A stretch of 64,000 bases of DNA from positions 248,001 to 312,000 of the forward strand of contig CP145416.1 of NCBI GenBank assembly GCA_036867785.1. The letters are read 5' to 3'. The notes under the pieces were generated by a model. That model saw nothing but the letters and a program-made list of their open reading frames with translations, ran no database searches and was not told the origin of the DNA. The stretch's first letter is position 1; the number at the start of each line of letters is the position of its first letter. A program made the position numbers and the translations under genes. The stretch comes from Plasmodiophora brassicae (Eukaryota). This document shows positions 22,040-34,084 of this stretch, one piece after another.

Positions 22040-23178
22040 AAGGGGACTATTATGTCACGGTCGAGTCGCTGTCTTGGCGACTCAGCCGGCACCTAATTGG
22101 GCTCCTCCGCAGCGCACTACTACAATAAACGTCCACGGCGTTGGACCGACCTCAGTCGGTCAATCCGTGTGGTTGACACATCTTGCTCTGTCGTCACACT
22201 CGACGTAACGAGTCCTGCGTCTTTCATCCGGGATCGAAGCACACGAATGGCGAATGCAGCCTGCAGCGGCACATCTGGCATCGCGACATCAACAACAACA
22301 ACAACAGCAATACATCGTCACCAACGTCCCACGAGTATCCATCGTCTGGCGCTCTCCCGACAGATCCGGCATCCGAGCCAACGCGCGCATTGTCGGCACG
22401 CCACTCCATCGACGCGAGCGCGAGCTCAATGGGACTATTGGATTCGGCCTGTTTCACAACGATAACACCCCTGCGCCAGCATCTCAGCCGTTATCGACGC
22501 GTCCCTGGACCAGAAGTCGAACTAGCTGATTTGTCGCGAACGACTACGTCCGGTCGGGGCGTGATGTCATTCGGCAAGGATGCCCAGGCGATGAGTATCG
22601 ACTCACTGCACGTCCCACGACTTGGTCAAGCGCTTGTTTCAGTCGGACAACTCACCCGATCAGGCCACAAGATCGTATTCGACGGCGCCACTGCGACCAT
22701 CTACTCGAAGGACAGCCGGACGGCACCCACCGGGCAGCCAGTGGCGATCAGCACCCGTGGACAAGACAACCCCGGATCGCACTATCAGCTCCATCCACCG
22801 ACAACACGCAACCGACTGTACCAGCCTGTTCCCTGATCGTATCCGACATCGCCTGTCGCGCCGCAAAGGTCACCACTGCATCTCCCGATCTGTGGCACGC
22901 ACGAATGGGCCATCTCGGTTATGGCAATCTGAACATCCTGCGGAACCGCTGTCGTGGTATGAAACTTGACTGCCCCATTCCCAAGCGTTCGCACCGGTGC
23001 CCATGCGAAGCCTGCCTCCTCGTCAAAGGTAAGCGTTCCTCATTTCCTCCGAGTAAGTCGCGGCACTTCGTGTCGGCGATCTCGTGCACAGCGACTTATC
23101 CGGTCGGTGGCCCGTTGTCGGCATTGGCGGCTTCGAGTACTACCAGACGATGCTGGACGACTCCGCGCGCTACCTGAC

Positions 23179-24498
23179 TGTCACGATCAGGCAAGCTGAT
23201 GCAACGAACGCTTTGACGGACTGGCGAAGTCCGTCGCGGGGTTCGGGATTTATTCAGTCATCACAGAATAGTCCTCTTCTAGCGATTGTGTCTCCGCCGG
23301 TTTCGGGAGCGAGGGCCAGGTTTATCGGGATATCGAGCATGAAATTCAGCAATCTCTTGGCCCAGGCCTCCTGTCCCATGGAGATTGCCCGCGGGTTCCC
23401 AGGTGCGATCGGACGGGGAGTATCCTTCCCAATCTATGAGATATTGCAAACGCCCCGACCGGTATCGGGAATCCAAGATCGACTTAACGATGAACAGGGG
23501 CTGGTCGTCATCTTCCAATACAATGGGCGGCGGCGGTGGCTGTTGGCGATGTGGAAGGACATTAGGCGTATACGGTTCCAGCTGTGACACATGGAAGACG
23601 TTATGTAGGCGCGAGGTAGGAGGCAGCTTCACTTCATATGCGACAGGGTTAACTGTGCGAACAACTTGGAAGGGTCCCAGCAGACGGTCATCCAGTTTCC
23701 CGCACGGGCGGCCAGTCGATAAGGTTCCACGCCTGAGCATGACGAGATCATCCACCTGCAGTGGTGGTGGTTCGCGGCGACGGCGATCCGCAGAGCGCTT
23801 CATAGCGTCGACCGCCCGTTGCAGTTGGCCCTTCAAGTAGCGGCGAACCTTCTCAAGGAATTCGGCGCGCTCATCGGCGGCTGGGTTACAGACTTGGCCA
23901 TTCCTGGGTCGAGGCTCCGTCACCCTTGGATGAAACCCGTAGTTGGCGAAAAACGGCGACATGCCGGTGGCCGAATGGTCGGCGTTGTTGTACGCGAACT
24001 CGGCCATAGGCAGAAGTTGCATCCAGTCGTCCTGCATGTAGTTAACATAACAGCGTAAGTATTGTTCGAGGATCTGGTTCACGCGTTCCGTCTGGCCGTC
24101 GGATTCCGGGTGCCGGGATGAAGACAAGTTCCGTTGGATACCAAGACGGTCCAGTAAGTGCTTCCAAAAGGCCGACACGAACTGGGGCCCCCGGTCGGAG
24201 ACGATGTCGTCCGGTAGGCCATGCAGGCGGAATATCTGCTGCAAAAACAGGTCGGACAGCTCGACCGCTGTGAGGGTCTCCTTGCACGGAATGAAGTGGG
24301 CCATTTTCGAAAACCGGTCGACGACGACGAGGACCGAATCGTAGTTGTCGGAAACTGGAAGCTTGACAATTAGATCCATTGAGATCGATGACCACAGAAA
24401 ACTCGGCAAGGGAAGAGGCAGCAGGAGCCCGGACGGTTTGTGGCGCGGAGACTGCTTCTCAGACAAATGTCGCAGGATGAGACGTACAGTTTGACGAA
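23179..24498 (-). mobile_element. 3' fragment of a second chromovirus family (integrase, chromodomain, about 87-bp LTR)
   Basis: ORF 23279-24523 has the integrase core, GPF and YLIDWEGY..TWEP. PPT AGAAGAGGACTATTC precedes LTR 23179-23265 (TG..CA). Confidence 0.9.
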
Positions 24499-26068
24499 TG
24501 TCGAACTCCATATCCAGCAGCACACTCGTGCAGCAGCGCCGCCCGCGATGATGTAACGTGCACCGCGTCTCACGTCTACGACGTTGCCCGTCACACCCAA
24601 TATCTTCGCTCTATATCCATCAATATATCTCACTCTGATTTCGTCGTTTCAGATTAACAGTCGTAACCGCGCTCTGGGCGTTTCGCTCGCGTCCAACGTC
24701 ATGGCCGATCGCGGCCGAACGGCGGAATCAGATGTCCAAGTTCTCGACGCGCAGCTCGCTGAGGCCGAGCGACAGGAGAAGATCGCGCGCATCGCATTCC
24801 TGCGACAGCAAACCGCATCGTACTCCTGCATCGCCACGACGCCGACGACGCAGTCTCGCCCAACCATTGTGGACGGCGTAGTGCGTCCAGGTACAGATCG
24901 CGTGCCTCCGCCTCGGTTCGACGGCAAGCACGAATCGTTTGCCGCTTGGGCGCCCGCCGCCGCGTCTTGGTTTACCAACCGTGGATTCGCGGGAATTGTC
25001 GGCATCGACCTGGACGGATCGCCGACTCTGAGTATCCCCGACAATGTGGACGCGGATCTGGAGGCAACTGCTCGGGAGATACTCTTGTTTCAGATGGTCG
25101 ACGAGACCGTTCTGATCGGCTACAACTTGCTGTACGCCGGTACATCGGCGCAATGCTGGCGCGCTCTCTTCCGCATGCTGCGACCTTGCACGTTTTCGTC
25201 TGTCATTCGTGCTTCTAAAGATTTGTTCAGTGTTCGACAGCAAGCCGGTGAATCGGTCGCCTTGTACGCGGCTCGTCTGCAAGCCGCTGCCCAACGTTTC
25301 CGTACAACAGTCCCGAACGACATGCTTCACATGACGGATTCCTTCCTGGCTGTCCTGATGGCTGGCAACGCTTCATCAGAATTGGACACGGCCGCATCCA
25401 ACCTGCACAGTCGTGGACTCGAACCGCGGCCTACTGTCACTGAGGTCCTACTGTCACTGAGGTCGTGTCCACGCTCACATCAGAAGAGCAGCGCATTCAA
25501 GAGGCTCACGCTGACCGGGAGATATCGTTCGCAACGGCGAACCGTGCAAGCGCCACCGCACACCCGATTAAGGCTCCCGAACGCGATGGACTGCGCGTCC
25601 TACATACGTCCTTTAGGAAGCTGCACACGAATGGCAACTGTTTCCTACAGCGCTCGTTGTGGCGGACGACATCGAATACATCGTCGCAACCTGATCAGTA
25701 CGTCCCGGTTCGCGCCATGTCTGCCCGTCACCCCGCCGTAGACAACAGTTCCGTCGGCCTGCTCGATTCTGGATGTTCCACCACAATGACGCCCCTGCGC
25801 GAGCATCTCGGCGCTTACCGACATGTCGCCGGACCGACGGTTGAACTTGCAGACCTGTCTCGTACGACCACTTCCGGACGTGGCGTGACGTCATTGGGCG
25901 CTGATCAGTCCCAGATGACGCCTATCGATTCGCTGCACGTCCCACGACTCGGCCAAGCGCTCGTCTCCGTTGGACAGCTCACCCGATCCGGGCACAAGAT
26001 CGTCTTCGATGGGCCCAACGCGACCATCTATTCCAAGGACAACTGGACGTCCCCTGTCGGGACCCCGC
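24499..26068 (+). mobile_element. Ty1/Copia copy 3 (diverged; 5' LTR, gag, PR; truncated)
   Basis: LTR 24499-24651, same PBS, ATG at 24701, LLDSGCSTTM. 17-bp tandem duplication 25431-25464 causes a frameshift. Confidence 0.9.
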
Positions 26069-26605
26069 TAGACCCCGGCCGCACCGACTTTCCTGTTCTG
26101 GTTGCTGGTGCCCGTGGCACTGATCCTGTCGTGTGGAATGCCATCTCAAAATATATTCTGCGTTGTTTTGAAGTTGATTTGTTCTCGAAACTTAGAATCG
26201 GGTGTGCATTCAAAAGGATCCGTATTAAATTGCAGTGCCCCGCCGGTGCGTTCTACGCGATCGTCGAGGAATTTGAACTGACGCCACGGTGGACATCAGC
26301 TGGAAGCCTGGTCATTGATGGTGCAACTGGCGCAACCATTCGAAGCATGCTGGGGCCCACTTGTCTTCAACGGTCGTTCGTGTCGTACGAGGCTACTGTG
26401 GCAGAGGACTCAGCTGTCAAAATCCGGTGGACGTCGACCGTGTTGCGCGACGACGCTGGCACTGCAACTGCGTTCGAAGTTAGCTGGCTAACGATCACGT
26501 TGATCTGCCGAGCTAGATCGACTATCGACGTTAATCGCATGACTCCGCGTATTGCAATTTAATGATACAGGCACCCTGTGCTCTCATACTGTCTAACTCT
26601 TGTGA

Positions 26606-29600
26606 TCACGACTGATGATTTCGACACACGAAGGTCAGTGTGAGCTCGAGCGTCAGGATCTCTTGCATGATCATCACGCTGCGGCTCATGCTGCCAGGCC
26701 GTGCGCCACCCTTCATTGTCTGCCGAAAAAGCACCAGAGTCTGTTGGTGGTTCTTGAGTTCAAGACTCTGGCACGCGAATGTGACGACAGAGCAAGATGT
26801 GTCAACCACACGGATTGACCGACTGAGGTCGGTCCGCGCCGTGGACGTTTATTGTACCTAGTGCGCTACGAAGGAGCCCAATTTGGTGCCGGCTGAGTCG
26901 CCAACACGACTCAGTCGTGACATAATAGTCCCCTTTTAGCCGCACCGGGAACGGGCTGCGGGCTTGTCTGGGTGGAAGCATTTGGTGAGGCCTAGCAAGA
27001 ACTGCTTCATCATTAGGCGACAGTCTGTACTCCAGTCGACGAGTCAGGGCGTCAGGTGTCCAATGAACGAAATCAACTTCGCTAAGGAATTGGAGTGAAC
27101 GAATCTGTCGTCGATGTAGCTTGTGGGCAAACGCACGTGCGGCGGCGTCCAGGAACATGAGATCGGGGTTGAGAAACGCGATCGAGGTTGATGAGGCCTG
27201 GTCATCCTCTAGCGTAGCAAAAGGTGCAAAGAAGGACTCGGCGGGCGCATTCAAGGGCGGGGGATCCGCAGAGGCGCTCGTACACAGCTGTGCTATTGGA
27301 AAATACGGCCACCCCACTAGGATCCAGGTCAGGGCGACAACGGTTGCGAACATCAGAAGATTGAGGCTGTGGCCGTCTCGGAAGCCATCATTGGAGGGAG
27401 GCGGCGGGGGCGGCGGGAGAGGCCGTCTCACCCCTCGTCGAACGGGGCCCCAGTTCCGGAAGGAGGACACAAGGGGCGTGGACTCGGAGCCATAATCGAA
27501 AGCGGAAGGGCTCGGCCTGTCGTCGATCGCAGCAATGGCAATGTGGCACTCCGGGTGGTCGTCGTTAGCTACGGAAGCCAGCTTGCCGTCGACAAACACG
27601 GATGTAAGCGGCAACGTTTCAAGTGATTCAGCTGAAGGGATGGCACACGCAGGCGCAGGAACGCTTCGTGCAGGAGGTGAGACCCCAGCTGAGAGACTAT
27701 CCCCGCGCTTAGCAAATGGTCCCGCCGAAGAGACGAAGGACCCAGACTCATGGACGTCTCCTGTACGGCGTGACATCCCCACGAGGGTATCTCCGCGGCG
27801 CTGTAGGCGGCGCTGACGCCAATCGATATCTGGGTTTGTATCCGCCAACCAAGGCAGCCCAAGAATGACAGGGTGTTGAGGCGAGTGGATCATGTTCAGG
27901 ACGACGTCGCTGTCGAAACATCCGTCGACGGTAGCACGTAGCGGGACGGTTTCCTGAGTTACTGGAGACAGGTGTCGCCCGTCGATGACGCGAACAGGAA
28001 TGGCACGCGATTTAGAGCGAACCGGTATTTCGTGGTGACGACAGAACGACCAGTCGATGAAGTTGGAAGTCGCACCACAGTCTAACAGGGCGAAAGTGTT
28101 GACACGGCGTGAGCCGATAACGAGGCATACCGATACCAACAGATGCGGTATTGAGGGAGACGTCATAAGGAACAGATCAGTGACGTGGAGAGGGTTGCCG
28201 GACCGCTCGGGACACAGCGATGAGCGGTGGCCAACCTTACGACAGTGCGGGCACGGTGGCCTCTTCGGGCAGGACGCAATAAAATGCCCAACTTCGCGAC
28301 AATAGTGGCAAGCCAGGGGTTGTGTCCTTGCATCACCGCCAGCGTTGATGGCGGCGATTGGGTATTTCGGCTCAAGATGAGCCGCCATCTCGAGAATTTT
28401 GTCGTAGTCTCTGAAGTTGTAGAAGAACAGCGCTTCGGAGAGCGCAGGGTTCAACGAGAGGCGGAACTTTTCCGCCAAGCGGGCCGGATTGAGTCTGTAC
28501 AATGGGTCAAGTCGTTGAAGGTCCTTGTACAAGCGTTGGAATGCCAGTGCGTGGTGAGCGACACCTGCAGTCTGCTTCAGGTTGTCAAACTTTGCTTCAA
28601 CCTGCTTGAACGAAGGGCCCGGGAAGTCATGGAGCAGGACGGACGCTACGTCCGCCATAGACGCGTCCGCAGGCAAGTCGAGGTAAGTCTCAAGGGCCTG
28701 ACCCTGCAAGGCTGTCGTTAAGACACATTGCACATCGCCGGATAGAGGACTTGTAGACGTTAACGACGTCTGGGTGATCCGAGAGAACGCAGTCAACCAG
28801 CGCGTCGTCGACAGACCATCGCTTCCCGAAAAACGCGGAATGTCTTGTGACTGGACAACAATAGACGTTAAGGGTGGGCCCGGAGACACCCGTGGCGCCG
28901 GCACTCGAGCCCCAACGGACGAAGCGCCAATATGCTGCGACGTCGAGGAGACGGGGTCATTCCGAGGCGCGCCGCCGGGGTCCTGCAGAGACGTCGAGGC
29001 GGCAGAAACGTGTTGGGACGATAAGGCAGGCGGGGAGTGACGGTCCGAAGAGGACCGAGAGTCGTCGGGCCAATCGGCAGCGGTACTATTGAGCGAAGGC
29101 GGGGTGAGCGGTCGTGCAGGGAGATGATTCGCCAGTGGCAGAACACCCCGCGCGAAGTGCAGCTGCGACAGGGGACCGAGAGCAAAATCCGACACACCCG
29201 CAACATCCGGATTCGCGGACGATGGGACGTCGTCCGCCCATGACGGAATCGACCCATCGCCTCCTGCCATGAATGCAATACAATACGAACGATAGAAACG
29301 GTACGGCACGGTACGATACGGCACAATACGATACGATACGGCACAATACGATTCGATACGGCACAATACGATACGATACGGCACAATACGATACGATACG
29401 GCACAATACGATACGAGTCGAGACAAGACGACGACAGAAGGTTAGTCGGTCAAAATGTGACGACAGAGCAAGATGTGTCAACCACACGGATTGACCGACT
29501 GAGGTCGGTCCGCGCCGTGGACGTTTATTGTACCCAGTGCGCTACGAAGGAGCCCAATTTGGTGCCGGCTGAGTCGCCAACACGACTCAGTCGTGACAGC

Positions 29601-31774
29601 GAAGGCGCCCATGGAGAGGAAAGGCGTTCGGCGGAACATGTGGTTCAGATGGGCCTCCAAGCAGTGCATATACGGCGTCACTTTTTTAGGGCCGATAATG
29701 TCGCGAATTCTGCTGACCAGGTTTCGGTAATTCGACTAGATCGCGTCGATTCGATCGAGAGAGACGCGCTCAGGTGAAGATAATTCCTCGAAGCCGTTGG
29801 CCATGTCTTCGCAGATGCCCTGCAAGTGTTCCCTTATTGCTTCATGGACAGGTTCAGCCAACGAGCCCAGTTTCAATGTTGACAGGTCAACATTCTTGAG
29901 GAGGAGCTGGCGGCTCTTGTTCCATAACGTCGACCACTCCAGCGCACTGGCATCGCGGATACCCTCCTGCCCATATACACTGAACTGCTGCTTCGACGCT
30001 GCGGTAAACTCGACCTCGATCGACCTGAGCACGTCACGAAGTTCGTCCGAGCTTGCGCACGTCCCGGACGCCCATTGGATGATGGTTTGGAAAAGCACGT
30101 CGGTTATTCGAAAGTTGGCGTGGAGAACATCCAGAATGATCTTGTCAAAGTCAATAGACCTGATCGCCGACTCCATGACGTATCCCTTATGCACGTACGA
30201 ATCTTTGGATGCGAGAGCAACACACTCGTCCGCCTGCCTCTGGGACCGCAAGTCGTCGGCGCCGGTCCAGTGTGTGCATCGGCGATCAACAACGCCGCCG
30301 CGGTCACAGGCACACTGGAAACCGCCCGGGGACGACGGTGACTTGGCATGCTTAGGCTTAACGCAGAGAGGGCACGCATGCGTGGCATTAACTGATTGGA
30401 GACCTTTGACGATGGCCAAGAACTTCATGTCACCCGTCAAGACGACTCTGACGTTGTACAGAACGTGGTCGTACTCGAAACCCGAGTTTTGAACGAGCAT
30501 TAACCATTCGTCGATTGGTCGCAAGGCCCGGTGAAGTACTGAATGCGACTCTCCCCCGTCGATCAACATCACCGTATGGACCCGATTTAGCTCATGTGAA
30601 CGCCTTGCATCCGCCGGATCCATGAGAGCCAGGGCAACGACACTGCTGTTCGAGTTTCGATGGATGGAGCGACCATCGCCTCCGACTCTCAACCATAGTT
30701 CGTGACTGTTCGATGCTGTTTCAGGGATGCCTTCCACAGCAACTATGTTGCGGAGGTAGTTACCCAGGTCGCGAACGTAGACAAATGCACAATTGTTGCC
30801 CTTCTTGTCCTGTGCGAATCCTATATCCAGCTCTAGCTTGTGGTCCTTTCTGACGGCAGCGCGTCAGCAATGCCAATCACGCTCGAGCGCACTGGCAGTC
30901 ACCCCTTCGATACCAAGGATTTTTAGGACCGCCCTCATGGCTGCCCGCGGGACCTGTTGCGTCTTGCTCACAATCAACAGCGCCCGTATTTTCGCAGAAC
31001 GATCGAGGGTGTCGTTGTCATCGTCAGTGTTCACAGTCGGTAGCGGCACGTCCGGACCATCATCACTTCCAACCGCTGAAGTGCCGCTACCTTCTGTTCC
31101 TTGCTAGTCGCCATAGCCAGTTTTCGCACAGCGTGCAACAGCAGAAAGATTTGCCTCTTGAGCTGTTTCAGTTCAACCGACTTCGAACGGGACGCTCTCT
31201 GGGCCCTCTTCGCAGCTCTGCTAGCTGTTTGGGCGCGTACCCTGAGCTGGGCCATTTGTGACTCGGCTCTGGAACGATCCCGCGAACGAACTGCCATCAG
31301 ACTGGCACACCGTTTCTTCAGGTGGAACACCTCATCACGCAGCGCCCTGATCGTGTTAGACATCGACTCAATGTCGATAGTGTCGATGGGACTGCTCGAC
31401 GGGACATCGGCAACAGGAAAGAAAGCGTCAAGCAAGCTCGTTTCAGGATCCAGACATAAATCTCTCCGCAGTCGTCGTCGTCTTATCGACAGCATCATAC
31501 GACGCTGCCGGTTGTTGCATTGTGATCGAATCCGTTTCATATTCGACTCAGTCAGCGCAACCGGGAAATCCCGGCCGTCCAGGCGGCTCTGGACAAGGTC
31601 CATAAACTCTCGACCAGTCAGATTGGGATTCCCCATCGTGACCTCGAAGCACAGAACTGCAACGTCTTCAGACCGCAGGCGCGGTTGGGAGCTTGCGGCA
31701 GCGGCATCACTCTGCAGACTGCTGTTCAGTGGCCCCAACGGGGTCCGCCGCAGGGTCCATACTAAGGGCAACAT
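26606..31774 (-). pseudogene. Chapaev/Transib/RAG1-core-like DDE transposase, split by an LTR element
   Basis: GGDGR, TGDMKF...CPLC, DVLH, TPYMHCLEAH, and GAF|ACQSLELKNH rejoined across the 26780-29598 insertion. Stops at 30864 and 29736 and a frameshift near 31050-31100. Confidence 0.8.
26780..29598 (-). mobile_element. Non-autonomous Gag-PR LTR element, copy B
   Basis: LTRs 29456-29598 and 26780-26922. TSD GCGAA. Open ORF 29270-26802 (about 822 aa). Confidence 0.95.
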
Positions 31775-31923
31775 GTAATTGGCCGTGTCACACTCGTTAG
31801 CAGCCCGATTTAAACGAAAGTTTCGCCGTTGAAACGCCCATCGTCTCCTCTAATGCACTGTCCTACCAACTTTTGTGACAAAGAACCCAATTGCCAGAAC
31901 GGGTCTTGTCTCCGGGTTTGTAA

Positions 31924-32263
31924 GAGCATCTCCACCCGTTGTACCTAAACCTAAATTTTTCCGTAGATTTAGAGATAATGATAATGAATTCGTTCCCCAC
32001 CCGTTGTACCTATACCTAACCGTTTAGGTAGAGTCTTTAAACGGGACCACAGATCTGAGCAGATCTGTCACGGAGTATAGGTAGCGCCCAACGGCAGCGG
32101 AAATGCGTGGGACGCCGTCGGATCGGACAACTTCACGGCGACCCACGTTCACAGAATTAGAGACGCCGAGCACCGCTGGGGGGAGCACCCATTTTTCTGT
32201 AAATTTGGTGATCCCTATGAGTCCGCTTAGGTATAGGTTTAGGTACAACGGGTGGAGATGCTC
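31924..32263. mobile_element. PIF/Harbinger (Tourist-like) MITE
   Basis: TAA TSD on both sides and a 30-bp TIR GAGCATCTCCACCCGTTGTACCTAAACCTA. Confidence 0.92.
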
Positions 32264-32398
32264 TAACTGCGGCACTTCAGTGCGCAGTCAAACGCCATTT
32301 TTAGGTGTCGTCTGGTGACCAACCAAAGGGCGGTCCCCTATTTTGGAGCCTTTGTCCGCCGTAACGCGGCGTTCAGGCGATTGCTGCACCAGTAGGCC

Positions 32399-32930
32399 AT
32401 GGCCAGCCCGACCAGTCGGAATTCAAGCCGAAGGGAAAGAAGGTTCTCGAGTTCGTGTCCACTGAGCACATCTCTGCGCTGGCTGACAGCTACTACTCGC
32501 ACTTCGAGCATTACTGCGAGGGCCGCAAGAAGGCGGTGACGCAAGTGATTCCAGAAGCGGTTTGGAAACAGGTCAGGTTCACGATTTGGGCAACTCGTAC
32601 TCCTGGTATTGATTTATGTTTCAAGGTCTACGCCGAGTACCGATAAAAGTTCCCCGTACCGCCCGTACTAAGAGCATAGAGCTCAATTACTGGACATACA
32701 AGTGAGCACAACTCCTCGAATTCGCTTGCGGTGAAGTTCGTTGTCGCCCTAAATAACGATGGCCGTCGTAGAAGATATGCGAGCTCATCGCGAACGCCAA
32801 CGTCTGGGTCAACATACACCTGGTTATTGTTGTCGTCAAGTTCGTAGGGGTTGAAGAACTAACTCATCCGTGTTGCCAATAACCGCCATACAGCACCACG
32901 CCGCCGCGTCAATCTCAAAGGAGTCATCGA
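32399..32930. pseudogene. Possible Harbinger-type transposase N-terminal remnant (-) abutting a convergent ORF remnant (+)
   Basis: LFRATTNFTASEFEELCSLVCPVI resembles the N-terminal helical region of IS5/PIF transposases. No termini found. Confidence 0.35.
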
Positions 32931-33061
32931 TACCGTCAGAATGCACAGAGGTCGATAGACAGATCGAGATCCAAGACAGCCTTCTAAGAAGATTCTGGTG
33001 TAGCCGCGCGCGCAGGAGGCCGTAACTGGTAGCCAGTCACACTCAGTTGATAACTTTAGTG

Positions 33062-33139
33062 TCTTAGATATAGTTCGGTTTGGTTTAGTTCGGTTCGGCC
33101 ATCAAAAAACCAAACCAAACCAAACCGCTCCGATCCCTA
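33062..33139 (-). mobile_element. Orphan inverted end of the hAT MITE family
   Basis: Near reverse complement of 33186-33268. Confidence 0.75.
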
Positions 33140-33185
33140 CATAGGTACGGCGCAGTTTTGATACGGTAGGGGTCTTGGTTGAGCG

Positions 33186-33855
33186 TAGGGGTCGGCGCGG
33201 TTTGGTTTGGTTTGGTTTGGTTTTTTGAGGGCCAAACCGAACTAAACCAAACCGAAGTATATCTAAGAGCTAGAAACCGGAACCAAACCGAACCGGGCCT
33301 CCGAAACCGAAACTAAACCAACAAACCGTGGTTTAGATGAATCACGACAGTGTGTGGCGTAAAGTCCCTAATCCAACTCCTTCAGAAGAAGGTCCACGAC
33401 ATCGTCATTGTCGGTGAGGTCACGTTGCTGGTTGGCATCCAGCTGAGAGGGAACAAACTCGACACCAGTCTCAGACGATGACGACAAATCGTGATCGCTG
33501 ATACTTGCTCCATCTAGGCAATGACCAAGCATGACAGACACGAGAACTGGACCTCCTACGCTCCCAATCTGCTTCGAACGCGATACGGGAGGCGCTGGGG
33601 CCACTGTGCAGACGCTGGACAGCGCGCTCGCGGCTCGGGATTCCTGTATTACTAGCGCAGCCGCCATATATAGCCACTCGGTGCGAACCACGGTTCAAAC
33701 CGGTTCCACCGGAAGCAAACCGGTTTGAACCGGTTTGGGCGGACCTCGAACTAAACCAAACCAAACCAAACTAATTGGGTCCACCTGGAACCAAAACCGC
33801 GCATTTCGGTTTGGTTCACGGTTTCTGGCTCGAAACCAAACCGCGCCGACCCCTA
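33186..33855. mobile_element. Non-autonomous hAT element (670 bp)
   Basis: 8-bp TSD GTTGAGCG. TIR TAGGGGTCGGCGCGGTTTGGTTT. Many subterminal AAACC/GGTTT motifs. Confidence 0.93.
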
Positions 33856-34084
33856 GTTGAGCGTCTGGGGAGGTAAACGAACGGCCAGTAAATGCCGTTG
33901 ACAAGTCCGAGCGGACCTCTTCCCGTTCTGATATCGTCCAGGCGCGATGAGCCTAGTTCAAAAAGGTGATGGGCCGGCACTGCCAGGCCGGGGATGTTGG
34001 CGCTCTGCTGGCTGAACCTTCGGCACTCGGACCCGAGACCAAAGCGCGAAGAACAGAGTACTAACTAAATCGTATGTCTTTCCT

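Larger units (their letters stand above)
16436..22198 (+). mobile_element. Full-length chromodomain-bearing Ty3/Gypsy (chromovirus-like)
   Basis: 146-bp LTRs 16436-16581 and 22053-22198. TSD CTCGA. PPT AAAAGGGGACTATTA. Order gag, PR, RT, RH, IN, chromodomain. Confidence 0.97.
15159..23178 (+). mobile_element. Ty1/Copia copy 2 (5' LTR, degenerate gag-PR-partial IN, truncated)
   Basis: LTR 15159-15339 is similar to copy 1, followed by the same PBS. Start ATG changed to CTG. Several frameshifts. Resumes at 22199 after the nested Gypsy and is cut at 23179. Confidence 0.9.

Noticed and set aside
26069-26562. RAG2 homolog
   Set aside because: No kelch GG repeats or PHD finger visible. Kept only as an unknown convergent ORF.
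32274-32282. CAC-type terminus of the RAG1-like transposon
   Set aside because: No partner TIR or TSD in the window.
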